NCBI GenBank assembly: GCA_963575745.1 | Contig: CAUYUJ010000026.1 | Coordinates: 1-64,000 of the forward strand | Length of the DNA stretch: 64,000 nucleotides | Direction: 5' to 3' | Source: Prorocentrum cordatum | Lineage: Eukaryota | Part shown: positions 1 through 11,990 of the stretch, piece after piece | Position numbering within the stretch: position 1 is the first letter of the stretch | Layout of the letters: each line of letters begins with the position of its first letter | Notes under the pieces: model-generated | What the model saw: only the letters and a program-made list of their open reading frames with translations | What the model was told of the DNA's origin: nothing | Database searches by the model: none | Made by a program: the position numbers and the translations under genes

Positions 1-37
<37 letters not shown>

Positions 38-48
38 GATCACTACTA
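1..48. repeat. (CTA)n microsatellite, end of a tract cut by the window edge
   Basis: Direct reading: ctactacta... Confidence 0.9.
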
Positions 49-102
49 AAACTGATTCGTGTGCTACTAACAATGCGAATGTGAACCATACAAATACGTT
101 TC

Positions 103-371
103 GGAGGAGGAGGCGGAGGAGGAGCAGGAGAAGGAGGAGGAGGAGCAGAAGGAGGAGGAGGAAGAGGAGGAGGAGGAGGAGGAGAGAGGAGGAGGAGGAG
201 GGGAGAGGAGGGGAGGAGGAGGAGGAGGAGGGATGGAGGAGGAGAGGAGGAGAAGGTGGAGGAGGAGGAGGTGGAGGTGGAGGAGGAGGAAGGAGAGGGA
301 GGAGGAGAAGGGGAGGCTGGTGATGGAGGAGGAGGAGGAGAGGAGGAGGAGGAGGAGGAGGAGGAGGGAGG

Positions 372-402
<31 letters not shown>

Positions 403-456
403 GGAGGAGGAGGAGGAGGAGGAGGAGGAGGAGGAGGGAGGAGGAGGAGGAGGAGG
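103..456. repeat. (GGA)n/(GAT)n simple repeat
   Basis: Direct reading. Confidence 0.95.
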
Positions 457-774
457 TGGACCCGACGAATCACATGATGCTTCAACGATGCTCCAACACA
501 CCCTCCCGTCCGAGATCCCCTCCTTATAAGCCCTTCAGGTATTCCTTTCCACTGCGGGTAGCGCGCCCCCTTGACTTGCGAGCGGCTGTTGGGCCCGCGA
601 CTCCTGCCAGGCCCCGTCCTGCAAAGGATCCGCCCTCTCTATTCCTGTAGACGAAAAAGCCGCTCAGAGACGGGGTGATCGAGTTCAAGACGTGCTCAGG
701 GAGGGCCTCGCTTTTGGGATGGGCAAGTGTTGTACAATCTCGAGGCTCTGGTCATGAAATATTTGCAGGAGTCA

Positions 775-1122
775 TGCGCGAGAGTCCCACTTGAGGCGAG
801 GAGCCGCCCTTCCATCCGTGTCTTTGGCTGCTGCATGTGTTGGAACTCTGGGCCAAATAGTTTGAGGAGATCTCATGCGAGAACCGCATTCTGAGAACGC
901 ACGGGCCTCCGTCCTCGTAGCGTTTGAATATGTTGAGGCGCTTGTGCGCGGCGTTAAGGCGAGAGCCGCATCTTGAAGACGAACCGGCCTGCATCCTTGT
1001 ACCTGGTGAAACTTCATTTTTTTTTCTTTTATGATTGTGCACAGCTTTTAAACCGAATGTGCGCCGCGCGAACGCGAGAGTCGCACTTTCAAAGCCGCGG
1101 GACCTCCATCCTTGTAGCTATT
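775..1122 (+). repeat. Diverged dispersed repeat with internal units of ~60-110 bp, related to 62955-63170
   Basis: Recurring motif tgtgcgcggcg..aa.gcgagagccgcat.ttgaa...ccatccttg at both loci. Confidence 0.55.
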
Positions 1123-1123
1123 G

Positions 1124-1578
1124 GGAAGGAGAAGGAGGAAGAGGAGGAGGAGGCGGAGGAGGAGGGTGGAGGGAAGGAGGAGGAGGAGGCGAGAAGGGGA
1201 GGAGGAGGAGGAGGAGGTGGAGGAGGAGGAGGAGGAGTAGAGGAGGAGGAGGAGGAGAAGGAGAGGGGGAGGAGGAGGAGGAGGAGGAGGAGGAGGAGGA
1301 GGAGGAGGGGGAGGTGGGGAGGAGGAGGAGGAGGAGGTGGGGAGGGAGGAGGGGAGGAGGAGGAGGAGTTGAGAAGGTGGATAAGGAGGAGGTTGAGGGA
1401 GGAGGACGACGACTGCACGGCACTGCGACGGCCACGACGCCAGCCACCACCACACCACCGACGACGACGACGACGACGACGACGACGTGACGACGACGTT
1501 GACGACGACGACGACGACGTCGACGACGACGACGACGACGACGACGGACGACGATCGACGACGAGACGACGACGACGC

Positions 1579-1624
<46 letters not shown>

Positions 1625-1985
1625 CGGCGACGTGGGCGATGAAGGAGGAGGAGGAGGAGGAGGAGGAGGGGGAGGAGGAACATGAATCGAGTTCGACCAG
1701 GAGGCGGAGGAGGAGGAGGAGGAGTAGGAGGAGCAGGAGGATGAGGAGGTACGGCACGGTGACGGCCACGACGACCACGACGACGACGGCGGCGGTGACG
1801 ACGACGACGACGACGACAAAAGACGACAACGACGCCGATGACGACGACGACGACCACGACCACGGCGATGGCGACTGCGACGGCGACGGGTAGCGTCGGC
1901 TACGCCTGCGGCGAGCATGATGACGGGGGCGACGGCGACGGCGACTAACGACGGCGGCGGCGGCGACGGCGACGGCGGCGACGAG
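1124..1985. repeat. Compound (GGA)n/(GAC)n/(GGC)n simple repeat
   Basis: Direct reading. Confidence 0.95.
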
Positions 1986-2544
1986 TGCCCGTGGCGCCCC
2001 CTCCCCCCGAGGACGCCACAATGCGCCCCGCGGTCGGCGGCGGCGAGACCGAGGCCGGCCTCCGCCGCCAGCAGTGCCCCCCCCCGCAGCTTCCGCCCCC
2101 CGCCGCAGCGGCGCCCGCCCATGCGCCGCGCGCCGCGCACCGCCGCTCACCGCTCACGCCAGAGCCGCCTGCCTGGTCTGCCTCCGTGCCGCCTCGCCCG
2201 CGTCCGGTGGTCGGGGCTTCGCGGCCTGGAGGCCCTGCAGAGGTGACCTGCGGACCGGAGTCCCCAGGGGCGGGTTCTCTGTTGCGGCTCTCTGGTGGCC
2301 TTGCGTGCAAGCTGGGCCACTTCGACGGTATCGGCTGCGGGTTTCGGCATACCGTGCATCCGAGGTCATGGGCGCTCTCTGCGCCCGCGCCGACGCCTCT
2401 TCGCGGCGCCGCCCCTCCGGCGCGTCGCCGCTCGGCGGAGCGGGGCGTTCTGCGATGGAGTCACGGCGGGCCTTCGCTGTGCACCGTCGACTCTGCAGCG
2501 TCCCGATGCGCACTCTCGCCGCCTCCTGCGTTTCGGGCCACGCA

Positions 2545-3266
2545 AGGAGGAGGAGGAGGAGGAGGAGGAGGAGGAGGAGGAGGAGGAGGAGGAGGAGGAG
2601 GAGGAGGAGGGGAGGAGGAGGAGGAGGAGGCGGAGGAGGAGGAGGAAGGAGGAGAGGAGGAGGAGGAGGGAGGAGGAGGAGAGGAGGAGGAGGAGGAGGA
2701 GGAGGAGGAGGAGGAGGAGGAGGAGGGGAGGAGGAGGAGGAGGAGGAGGAGGAGGAGGTGGGGGAGGAGGAGGAGGAGGAGGAGGAGGTGGAGGAGGAGG
2801 AGGTGGGAGGAGGAGGAGGAGGAGGGGAGGAGGAGGAGGAGGAGGAGGAGGTGGAGGAGGAGGAGGAGAGGAGGAGGAGGAGGAGGAGGAGGAGGAGGAG
2901 GCAGGAGAGGAGGAGGAGGAGGAGGAGGAGGAGGAGGAGGAGGAGGAGGAGGAGGAGGAGGAGGAGGAGGAGGAGGAGGAGGAGGAGGAGGAGGAGGAGG
3001 AGGAGGAGGAGGAGGAGGAGGAGGAGGAGGAAGGAGGAGGGGGAGGAGGAGGAGGAGGAGGAGGAGGAGGAGGAGGAGGAGGAGGAGGAGGAGGAGGAGG
3101 AGGAGGAGGAGGAGGAGGAGGAGGGAGGAGGAGGAGGAAGAGGAGGAGGAGGGGAGGAGGAGGAGGAGGAGGAGGAGGAGGAGGAGGAGGAGGAGGAGGA
3201 GGAGGAGGAGGAGGAGGAGGAGGAGGAGGAGGAGGAGGAGGAGTGCGGAGAGAGAGAGAGAGAGAG
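2545..3266. repeat. (GGA)n tract ending in (GA)n
   Basis: Direct reading. Confidence 0.97.
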
Positions 3267-4092
3267 CTGCCGCGCTGGCCGGCTCAAGGGTAAAAGGCAT
3301 TCCGCAGGTTATGAGCCCCGCGCGTTTGCCCCTCCAATCTCCTCATCTCTCGGGCCTTCTCTTTCTTTTCTTCGTTCGTGCGCGCCGCAATGCCGACATG
3401 GGTTGACACCCCGATCCCTGACGGCGATGACGATGACTTAGTCGATCCGATCACGAGCACGATTTCCACTGGAGCGCCCGCGCCAGAGGGTTTCTCGAAC
3501 CCCGTAGTCACCCGGTCGCGTCCTCGTGGTGCCGACAGCTGTGACGCTGTGTCACGTCCGGCTGAAAGCACCGAGGAGGAGGAGGAGGAGGAGGAGGAGG
3601 AGGAGGAGGAGGAGGAGGAGGAGGAGAAGGAGGAGGAGGGGTAGGAGGAGTAGGAGAAGGAGGAGGAGGAGGCGCGGCGGCGGAGCGGTGTCGGGCCGAA
3701 GGTCGATAAGATTCGCCTTACATCAATCTTCCGAGCACAACTCGAGAGATTGCGACCTACCGTGCGTGCCCCTTGCGGGGACGATTCGAGAACGGCCACC
3801 CCCTCGGGTGGGAGCCCCGATTTGTCATCGCTCAACCACGATTGCAAAAGCGAGGCGCACTAAGTTTGGGCCCAGGACCGAGCGGCAAAGCGGACACCAG
3901 GATCAAAAACGTGTGGCAGCTCGCACGAGCTCCTTAAAGCTGTACTGCCTGGCAGGAGGAGGAGGAGGGGGAGGTCTCGGAGGAGGAGGAGGACCTGACG
4001 GGCGGGCGACGGCAGCGGCACGAGCCTCGAGGTCGCACTCCCCCTCAGTGCGCATCGCCGAGGCCCTCGAGACAATCGGAGAAGGCAAGGCC

Positions 4093-4272
4093 GCCGATCC
4101 GCTCGCCGCCATCGGAGACGACAGAACCGCCGATCCACTCTTGGCAATCGAAGTAGCCAAGCCCGCCGATCCACTCGCGGCAATCGAAGTAGCCAAAGTC
4201 GCCGATCCACTCGCAGCGATCGGAGGCGACAAGGTCGCCGATCCACTCTTGGCAATCGTCGAAGGCAAGGTC
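4093..4272 (+). repeat. 36-bp tandem repeat, 5 units, reading ADPLxAIxxxKx on the plus strand
   Basis: gccgatcc(a/g)ctc...atc... recurs every 36 nt; followed by a ~140-bp duplication (about 4285-4425 and 4429-4570). Confidence 0.85.
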
Positions 4273-4647
4273 CACGACACAGCCCTGGCCTGGCCCCGAG
4301 ACGCTCCCCTCCTTTAATCCCTTGGGAACCGCCTCGGCGGAGGGGGTCTGCGGTTGCCAGGCCCGATGACGACCCAGCAATCGACCTCCTCCTGGCAATC
4401 GGAGTAGGCAAGGCCACTGATCCACTCCTGGCCTGGCCCCCGAGACGCTCCCCTCCTTTAATCCCATGGGAAGCTCCAAGGCGGAGGGGGTCTGCGGTTG
4501 CCAGGCCCGTAGACGACCCCGCGATCGACCTCCCCTTGGCAATCGGAGTAGGCAAGGCCGCTGATCCACCCTCCGCACTCGATGTAGCCGTCACCAAGCG
4601 CCGTCTCCCGCCCATCCCACCTCGAACCTGAGGCGCCGAAGCCGAGT

Positions 4648-5490
4648 CTACTGCTCGAAGTTGTCGATCGCTAGCTGGAGGATCCGCTCCGTATTCGAGC
4701 GAGGCGCGACTCCTGGTTTCTGCTCTCCTCCCAACTGCGTGAGGCACGCTATGAAGACCGACGTCAGCGACAGGTCCGCAAACGAGAAGGTGATCTTCGC
4801 TTGGCCCTCCTTGTATGCGCGGGCCACCCTGGAGCCGCGAACCAGAAGCCCGAACTCCGTGAGATTCGTGATGCCGTCCAGCTTCTGCTGCTGCTCCTGC
4901 CACTTCTGCTGGCTGACCGCCCCGACCGCCACGCCTGCCTTCACGCTTGCCTTGCACCCGATGAGGAAGACTTGGACGCAAGCAGGGCCCATGGCAACCT
5001 CGGGGAGTGGCTTCGCCTGGTCCTTGGCGTGTTCCTCCCTCATGGCCGCTGCCTGCTTCGCGTAGGCCCTGCCTGCTGCCAGTCCTTGCTGCACGATCTC
5101 GGCGTTCTCGTCGAACAGAAAGGTTTGAAATTCCGCTGCGTTCAAGGCCCGAATCTGGTACGAGTTCGCCAGCACGCCGCGAATCAGGATGGGGAATATC
5201 TGGGCCACCACCTGAAGGTCCATCGGCGGCAGCTTGTTGAGAACGTCGGCCTCCAGGCCATAGGCCTTGCTGAGCTGAGCCGCCACCGCTACGCCCACCG
5301 ACGCCTGTCCGCGCTGCTGGGCGCCTCGAGGCTCGGCGCTGCGCCTGGCGCCGCGTCCCCCGCCGCGCCTGCGGGAAGCGGCTGCCGAGCCAGATCGGCC
5401 TGCCCGCCCTCTCGGCTGAGAGCCGCCGCGCTGGGTTGAACGAGAACGAGTCCCTGCCTCCCGCAAGGCCTCGTCGGAAAGGCGGTGCAT
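4648..5490 (-). CDS. Uncharacterised ~280-aa ORF immediately downstream of, and overlapping the read-through of, the LINE pol
   Basis: Uninterrupted ORF from ATG 5490 (MHRLSDEAL); R/G-rich N-terminus then globular-looking sequence ending GGEQKPGVAPRSNTERILQLAIDNFEQ. Confidence 0.65.
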   Translation of the reverse strand: MHRLSDEALREAGTRSRSTQRGGSQPRGRAGRSGSAAASRRRGGGRGARRSAEPRGAQQRGQASVGVAVAAQLSKAYGLEADVLNKLPPMDLQVVAQIFPILIRGVLANSYQIRALNAAEFQTFLFDENAEIVQQGLAAGRAYAKQAAAMREEHAKDQAKPLPEVAMGPACVQVFLIGCKASVKAGVAVGAVSQQKWQEQQQKLDGITNLTEFGLLVRGSRVARAYKEGQAKITFSFADLSLTSVFIACLTQLGGEQKPGVAPRSNTERILQLAIDNFEQ

Positions 5491-5499
5491 CAGAGCGCG

Positions 5500-8400
5500 A
5501 CCGAACCGTCGAGTAGAGAGGCTCTCGTGGGGCGTGGGCTTCGCGCAGGTGCCGAGAAAGCTCGTAGAGCGTGCCAAACGGCTGTTCGACGGAGCAACAA
5601 AAATCCGAAGATGTCCCACCATACACCGAGCGCACCTTGAGAGACACGAGCGGGCACTCCAGGGACTCAGGCGGCACGATGGGATGCTTGAAGGGGGAGG
5701 CCTGGGCGAAGCACCTGCCTGTAAGCGTAGCCTGGACGAGATGTTCCTGGGCAATCCTCCGAGTCCGAAACGTCTGAGTGCAGAAAATACATTGGTTCGT
5801 AACCGTGGCCGTGTGCAACGCCGATCGGCACGAATGGCCTCCCCCGAGAGAAAACCTCTGGTGCGCCAGGAGGGCCCGTCTGGTCTTGAAAACTCGATCG
5901 CGCCCAGCTCCGTCGGGACCACGAAGATCGCATGTCCATGCAGCCGCAGCCGGCGGTGGGGCGACTTCGGGCGCCTCGGGAACGGCCTCAGCAGGTCCAT
6001 GCAGTCCAGGAGGAGGGGGAATCGCTACCGTCCGTGCCGCAGCTCGAAGAAGGCCTGGATCCAGGGCAAGATACCTCCCACGAAGGTCGTCATTCAGAAA
6101 AAGCGCCCGAACATTCAAGCGCCTCCAAGGTTCCAGGGACGGGACCGAAACCATGAGCAGCTCCTCCAGATCCTTAGCCTCGGAGCGGTCCAGGAGCCTC
6201 AAAACATCCAGGGCAGACCTGCGAGCGTACGGGTTCACCTTCTTCTCGAGGGTGCCGTTCTCCGAAACTGTGGGGGTCTCTTCTAGCGGGAGCTGCCCAA
6301 ACACCGCAGCGATCTCTTGAGGGTGCCGAGAAGGACGCACGAGCCAGCGACGATGCATGCGGAGTCGGCGGACACAGAGTTCGACCCCCGACGGCGCCAC
6401 CCCCACTCTGCGCAGGACGACCGCATCGGAGAGGGCCTTATACCTGATAACCTCGTGACCCTCGTCGTCGATAATAGGCATGCCGTCGCCGTCCACTGCC
6501 GTCGTCCTAGCACGCGCGTCGCCCCCGAGCAACTTTCGGCCGAACCCGACGAGCACCCGATCAAGCCGAAACTCCGGTGCCTCTGTCAGGATGAGGGTGG
6601 TGAGGCCAGACAGAAGCGCACCCTGCACGACGGCCCCAAATACAGTGCGAGTAAAACGCCACACACGGTTCCGAGACCAGAACCTCCCCATCGAGTAGTA
6701 CCCCCTCCTGCACGCCAAGATCCGTCTCCTCAACTCTCCTTGAACTCCTCCATTCACGGCAGTCTGGATTCCGAGCGCGATGTTATCAAACTGCACCTGC
6801 CCCTCCACCTTCACCTGTCCCCCGAAGATCGCAGCAGCATGTGCGTGAGCTCCTCGACCGACGGACGACGGGGAAATGCGACTTTTCCCACGGTTGTGTG
6901 CGTACCCACTCTCCCTCAGAGCAGCCGTCAGGCCCCTGTGGGCCGTGTTCAAAGTGAACTGCGCATTTTCAGCCGTCGTCACCACGTGAGTCTTACTGGT
7001 ATCGTCAGCATATATGCGACACGAGAGATCCACGGGGCGCTGGATAAATGGCGCCCATGCTGTACACAGAGACTCGCTGGGCCACATCACCCGCGCCCAG
7101 TCGCGGGGAGGAGCACGAGGAACGAGAGGTTGATCCAGCCACTCTTGGTACGAGAGAGGACGAGGAGGGACATCGGCAGGCCAAACCTGCTCACGCATAA
7201 AGTCAAGCCACTTCTGCACGGGTCGTCTAAAAGTGCGTGAACAAATACTGCCGCTGGACTGTCGCCCATTAAAGCTCCACAGCGATTGTGCATGGTAAGC
7301 TCCCCGTCGGCCCCCGTGATGGTAAAGGTATTGTATTCATGCCTATAATGGAAGTAAGCCTGATCAGGCCCCGCGATAGACTCGGCCACCGTGCGCCTAA
7401 GTTCAGGAAGCGTAGAGCACCCAAAGGCGTTATGACATATCCTCCTTCGAAGTCACTGAAGGGATCCCCAGACTGCGCAGCCTGCCCAAGAGAGCCTCCT
7501 GACAGATCATGGCCCCCTCCCTGTTGCGCCCGTGATGGTACCCGTGTTCACGGTCTGGGGCCTCATCGGGGGGACCTTTCAGTAGTTGCGCCTTAAACCA
7601 GACAGCCCCCATTCGGCAGAGCCCATGAATGTACCTGAGGGCCCCGAATCCTTGCTTGCCGTTCTGCTTGCTCAGTCCAGTTGCCCGAGAGTGATGCCAG
7701 ACCAGCGGGGTCCTGCCTACCCTCCTGGTGTGGTGGAACACCTTCTGGAGCCCCCTGAGCGTGTGAGTGTTGTCGAACGACTCGGGTGCAGTGCCTAACC
7801 CACGACGATCCCCTGCTAAGCGATGACGAGGAACGAAGGCAGGAACTCGAGAAGGTCCGTCGCCGTCCTCATCGTCGTTGTCTCTCTTCTTCGGCCGTCG
7901 ATAAGTGCCGTCGAATCTTCGCTGATGATGAAGGGCCAATATGAGGACCTCTGAGGGTACACTGTGCAGAGGAGCAGCCTTACGACGGGGGGCCTTCGCC
8001 AGCAGCTCAAGAACCTGCTCGAGGTCGGACCGTCCTAGCTCTACGTGCTCGAAGTTATCGATACCGTACATGGGGGGCTTCGGGGCGACCTCGAGCTGGG
8101 CCTTCTGGTACTCCTGAAACTCGATCGGCACGGCCTCGAAACCTCCCTGGGGCCCGGGTTTGGCGAAGTGCTCCCGAATCTCTGCGATCTTCGGAACGAA
8201 CTCGTCGACTGTGTTGCACCGCCTACGTTTGGGGCCTCCGCATTTAGCAGCACGTACATGGGCCAGCCTCCAGACTTCAGCATGCTGTCGTTTTTCCCAG
8301 GCCGAACCGATCTCCGACACCAGCTGCTCAGTCACGGTTGCCTGGCGGGCCCTCCGCAACTGGCGAAGATGACGAGAGAGCCGAGCCAACTTCATGGACG

Positions 8401-9580
8401 TCGCGAAGTCGTCGTCGCCGTTGGCCCTGGCCGAGCGTCGCGCCTCGAGGAGGCGACTCCGCTCTCGAGCATGCTCAGCCGCCTGAGGATCAGCAGCGGC
8501 AGCGCGTGAGAAGTGCCTGTCCGCGACCTCGAACACAGTAGTCATCCATCTCTCCCAACCAAGGTCGGGGGTGGGGGCGTGGAGCAGTAACTCATGGAAG
8601 TCCACGCCCTCGAACTGCGCCTCCAGGTCCGCGACGAAGGCGCCCGCTCCTGTGCCTCGACGAAGAGCTTCCCCCAGTCTGTCGAAGTCCCACTGCGTGC
8701 CGTGCTTAGATGCCGCCATGTCAAACGCGTAGTTCAGGCGTAAAAGAATGGGCACATGATCTTGAAGCCCGTGTTTCTTGACCAGCTTCAGTCGCAAGTT
8801 GGACGAGCGCATCGCCAGGCAGCGGTCAACCATGCTCTCCTGCCAGGAAAAAATAGCCACGAAATCAATCTGAGACGATCCCACGGCTCCGTAGTAGCTG
8901 GGCCCCAGGGGAAAGTCCGTCGAGGTCACCGCCACAGCGTGACGCTCCATGACTTCTAGGACGCGATCAGCAGCATACCTCTGCTCGCCCGTCCTGTGCG
9001 GGCCCAGTGCGGGCGATACGACGGCTTCCTGCACACCGCCCGCCCTCCGACGCCAGCCGAACGAGTCATTCATGTCGAAGCCCCACAGAAGGGCAGACCG
9101 CTTGCACGACCAGGTCAAAGTCTTCTCAAGCCACGAGATCATCGCGTCGACAGTCAATCTGTACAGTCGCTGCGGACCGTCATCGCTCTCGCGGCCCACA
9201 CGCTTCCCCGACGGCTTCGGAGGGAAGTAGGTCACTGGGATGAGAATGTCGAAGCGGCCAGACCGCAGTCGAAATAACGCAACACGTCCTCGGAGAGAGA
9301 CTGGCACAGCAGGGACGTCAACCAGGTGGCGACGTCGATAGACACGCTTTCGGAGGAGAAGAGTAATGCCACACGATCGATTGACAAACTTGCTTGGTGT
9401 GTATCCGCACCTGAGCGCGAAGTGGTAGCGCAGCGTGGTGAACACAGTGGGTTGGTCAGGTGCCGCCCGCTCGCACGTGCTTGTGAGTGCGATGATGTCC
9501 ACAGTGCGCATCTCCTCACTAATATCTTGCAATCTGCCCTCGTCTGCCGCCATACAGTTCCAATGCACGAATGTCAGCAT
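5500..9580 (-). pseudogene. LINE pol (AP endonuclease, reverse transcriptase, C2H2 zinc fingers) broken by frameshifts near 7430 and ~7200
   Basis: APE motifs TFVHWNC, GFDMND, SQIDFV, QDHVPI; RT motifs EHGYHHGR, DMS/NAF (split by a 1-nt shift), GALMGDS, IYADD; fingers CIFC...EHL and C...FKTRRALLAHQRFSLGGGH. Confidence 0.9.
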
Positions 9581-9736
9581 AGCAAGAACACGGCAAGCAG
9601 AACACATCAACTGAGAGTACAGTGAGTGAAGAGAGCTGGCCGAGTGGGGTGGCCGCCAGCTCCGCACGGGTACGGTTGGCGGGGGGCCGCATGTACACCA
9701 GCCCCGTGTGCAGGAAAGCCTGGGCGCGGGGGGCTA

Positions 9737-9812
9737 GGAGGAGGAGGAGGAGGAGGAGGAGGAGGAGGAGGAGGAGGAGGAGGAGGAGGAGGAGGAGGAG
9801 GAGGAGGAGGAG
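9737..9812. repeat. (GGA)n microsatellite
   Basis: Direct reading. Confidence 0.95.
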
Positions 9813-9999
9813 AGTGGCCATGAGACGCTCCCGGCGCCGCCGTCCTGTGTGCTGCAGGAGGTGCGGGGCTGTTGTTGCCAGCAGGCAGGGCCAGCGGCGA
9901 GCGGGCCGGTGTACTGGCGCGATCCCCGCGCCCCTCCTTGTTGCGACACCCCCGTGGAGCGGGAGCGAGCCGGGCGACGGGATCGCCTCGCGGCTGGGC

Positions 10000-10162
10000 T
10001 TAAGTCGGGCCTGTCCCTCTACAGGGGTAATATTCTTAATTAGTCAAAGAATAGTCAGGGGACTCTTTCTGGAGCATTTCTTAACAAATTTTGGAATATT
10101 TGTTTCAGTATCTTTTATTTTTCGTCGAAAATCCCCCTGTAGGGGGACACGCCCGACTTCAA
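10000..10162. mobile_element. MITE family D, copy 1
   Basis: TIRs ttaagtcgggcctgtccctctacagggg / cccctgtagggggacacgcccgacttcaa; AT-rich core; perfect 8-bp TSD ggctgggc (9992-9999, 10163-10170). Confidence 0.9.
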
Positions 10163-10849
10163 GGCTGGGCTCCACGCGCGCCCACCTCCGACCACCTGCC
10201 CGCATCTTGGGGGGAGGCGAGGGGGCTCGCCACGGCAAAGGGCGGCCCTGCCGCGCCGTCGGCCAGAGCTCACGGCGCGCCTCTTGGCCTCTGGGTGGCA
10301 GCCCGAGCGGGCCCCCGGAGCCCTCACGCATCGATCCAGCTCGGGCATTCCCGTAGGTCCAGCTCGGTCCAGTTCGGGAATCTCGCCAAGAAGGAATGGG
10401 ATCCTGAGAGAAACGGGTCCTGAGGTTTTTCGCCGTTCTCTGCCTCCCGGGGCCCTCCGCGGGCCCGGTGACTGTCAGAAAACGACTCAGGATGAAGACC
10501 TGGTTTTGCGAGAAGGCCTCCTGGTCCAGGACCCGTTTCTTCACCGTGTCCTTAATGCCAAGGAACCGCCCCATCGGGTCGATCTGGCTCGGCGGTGTAG
10601 TGTTCGGAGCTCCAGTCTCGATTCCATGCCGCCTGCTTCTTCCCCTTTCGCTCTGGAGCTGAATGTGGTGGGGGCGAACGGAAGACAGCGGGCGAAGGAG
10701 TTCAGGGCGAAGGGGCGAGGGGGAGTGCGGTGGGTTGGGAGGCTGTAGGTAGTGGAGTGAACGGAAACATGGGGCGTGGTTTGGGACCGAGGACGGAAGC
10801 ATGAGATGGAGGCACGCCGCCGCCGCCGCCGCCCGCGCCGCCGCCGCCA

Positions 10850-10884
<35 letters not shown>

Positions 10885-10904
10885 GTTGTTCAGCGTGACC
10901 AGTT

Positions 10905-11807
10905 ATGACGCATAGGCTAACTAGGGAGACCACGGCCGTCAAGTCGAACCACGTCCCAATTGTCTTACGTTTTTTGCCGAGCGACGCACGCCGTTGGTTT
11001 TCACGCCAGCCTGTCCGCACCGCTTCCCGTCGAAGCTTGTCGGCTGGCTGTTCGAAGACCACACTTTTGGGGCCCAAGTCCAGGATCGACTTGACATCGA
11101 GGGCCGCCGCCGAACCAACTGTTGCAGCGATCGGGTCAGCTTCGATTTTTTGTGACGGCCACTTTGAGAAGCGCGCGAAAACAAAGAACACATTCGGCTG
11201 GGGCTTTGTTGTCTTTGAGGATCCACCAGGGATCGTCCCGAACTCGAAATCGTCTCGAGTCAAATTCGATCCCGTTTTCGCAGCCTGTGGGCCAGTACAC
11301 ACAGACCTCTCCCAGACCACACCAACACTGCTGAGCGCCATTGAGGCGGGCTTGTGGCTCGTAGGATCAACCGAACCCTCAAGACACAACCTCAGCGAGC
11401 CAGGCTCCGTGATCGAGATCGTCTTCGACTCCACATACGTCGTGGGAATCCTTGAGAGCACGTCGAACCCGAAACACAACGTGGTGCTTTCCTCGCTCCT
11501 GAAGTGGATCTGGGGCCTGGTTTTCAAGCGTTTCCGAGGAATATGTGCCTGGGTACGGGGACACAGCGGTGTTCGGGAAAATGTGGTCGCTGATCAACTG
11601 GCAAACGAGGGGTGGGACGTGAAATCGATCCATGCGTCCAAGTGGAAGAAAGTCCGCCCCTACCCCACGAGTCCTCTGGAGAAGCAGGAGTTTTCTGACG
11701 TGATGAGAAGTATCACCATGCCGATAGAGGACCTGCAGTTGTTGTACCACTGCGGCTGCGAGGCGGCCGCGAGGACGCAGAAGCTCTTTTTTGCTCGTCA
11801 GGTGTGA
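10905..11807 (+). pseudogene. Ribonuclease H1-like domain, 5' part of a non-LTR retroelement polyprotein
   Basis: Motifs IFCDG..GWGFVV, IVFDSTYVVG, WVRGHSGVRENVVADQLA; the second (Glu) catalytic motif appears damaged. Confidence 0.85.
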
Positions 11808-11990
11808 TTGGGCGGACCTGCTCGAGAAGCCCAGGACGCGATCGCCTGTACCTGCGGGCGCCGAGCTAGACCAACCCCTACCAGAGAGCAGCCTGATACG
11901 TCGTGACCGTCAGGGTGCCAAAGTTCATACCTTCGGGGAGTTCGCCTGAACGGTTGCGGATGTGGCCATCGTCTGGGAAGTCAAAGGCCA

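Larger units (their letters stand above)
4648..9735 (-). mobile_element. Non-LTR retrotransposon (LINE): APE-RT-C2H2 zinc fingers plus 3' ORF; 3' boundary uncertain (may extend to ~3270)
   Basis: Domain motifs listed under the pol pseudogene; 5' end abuts a (GGA)n tract. Confidence 0.85.

Noticed and set aside
67..3441. Many long ORFs of poly-E/R/G/S/P/L
   Set aside because: Translations of stop-free trinucleotide repeats
3860..5500. C-terminal half of the 1119-aa ORF
   Set aside because: Arg/Gly/Ala-rich shadow reading over the 280-aa ORF and repeats; no domain features
5534..7240. Plus-strand ORFs of 180-307 aa opposite the LINE pol
   Set aside because: Antisense shadows expected in GC-rich coding DNA
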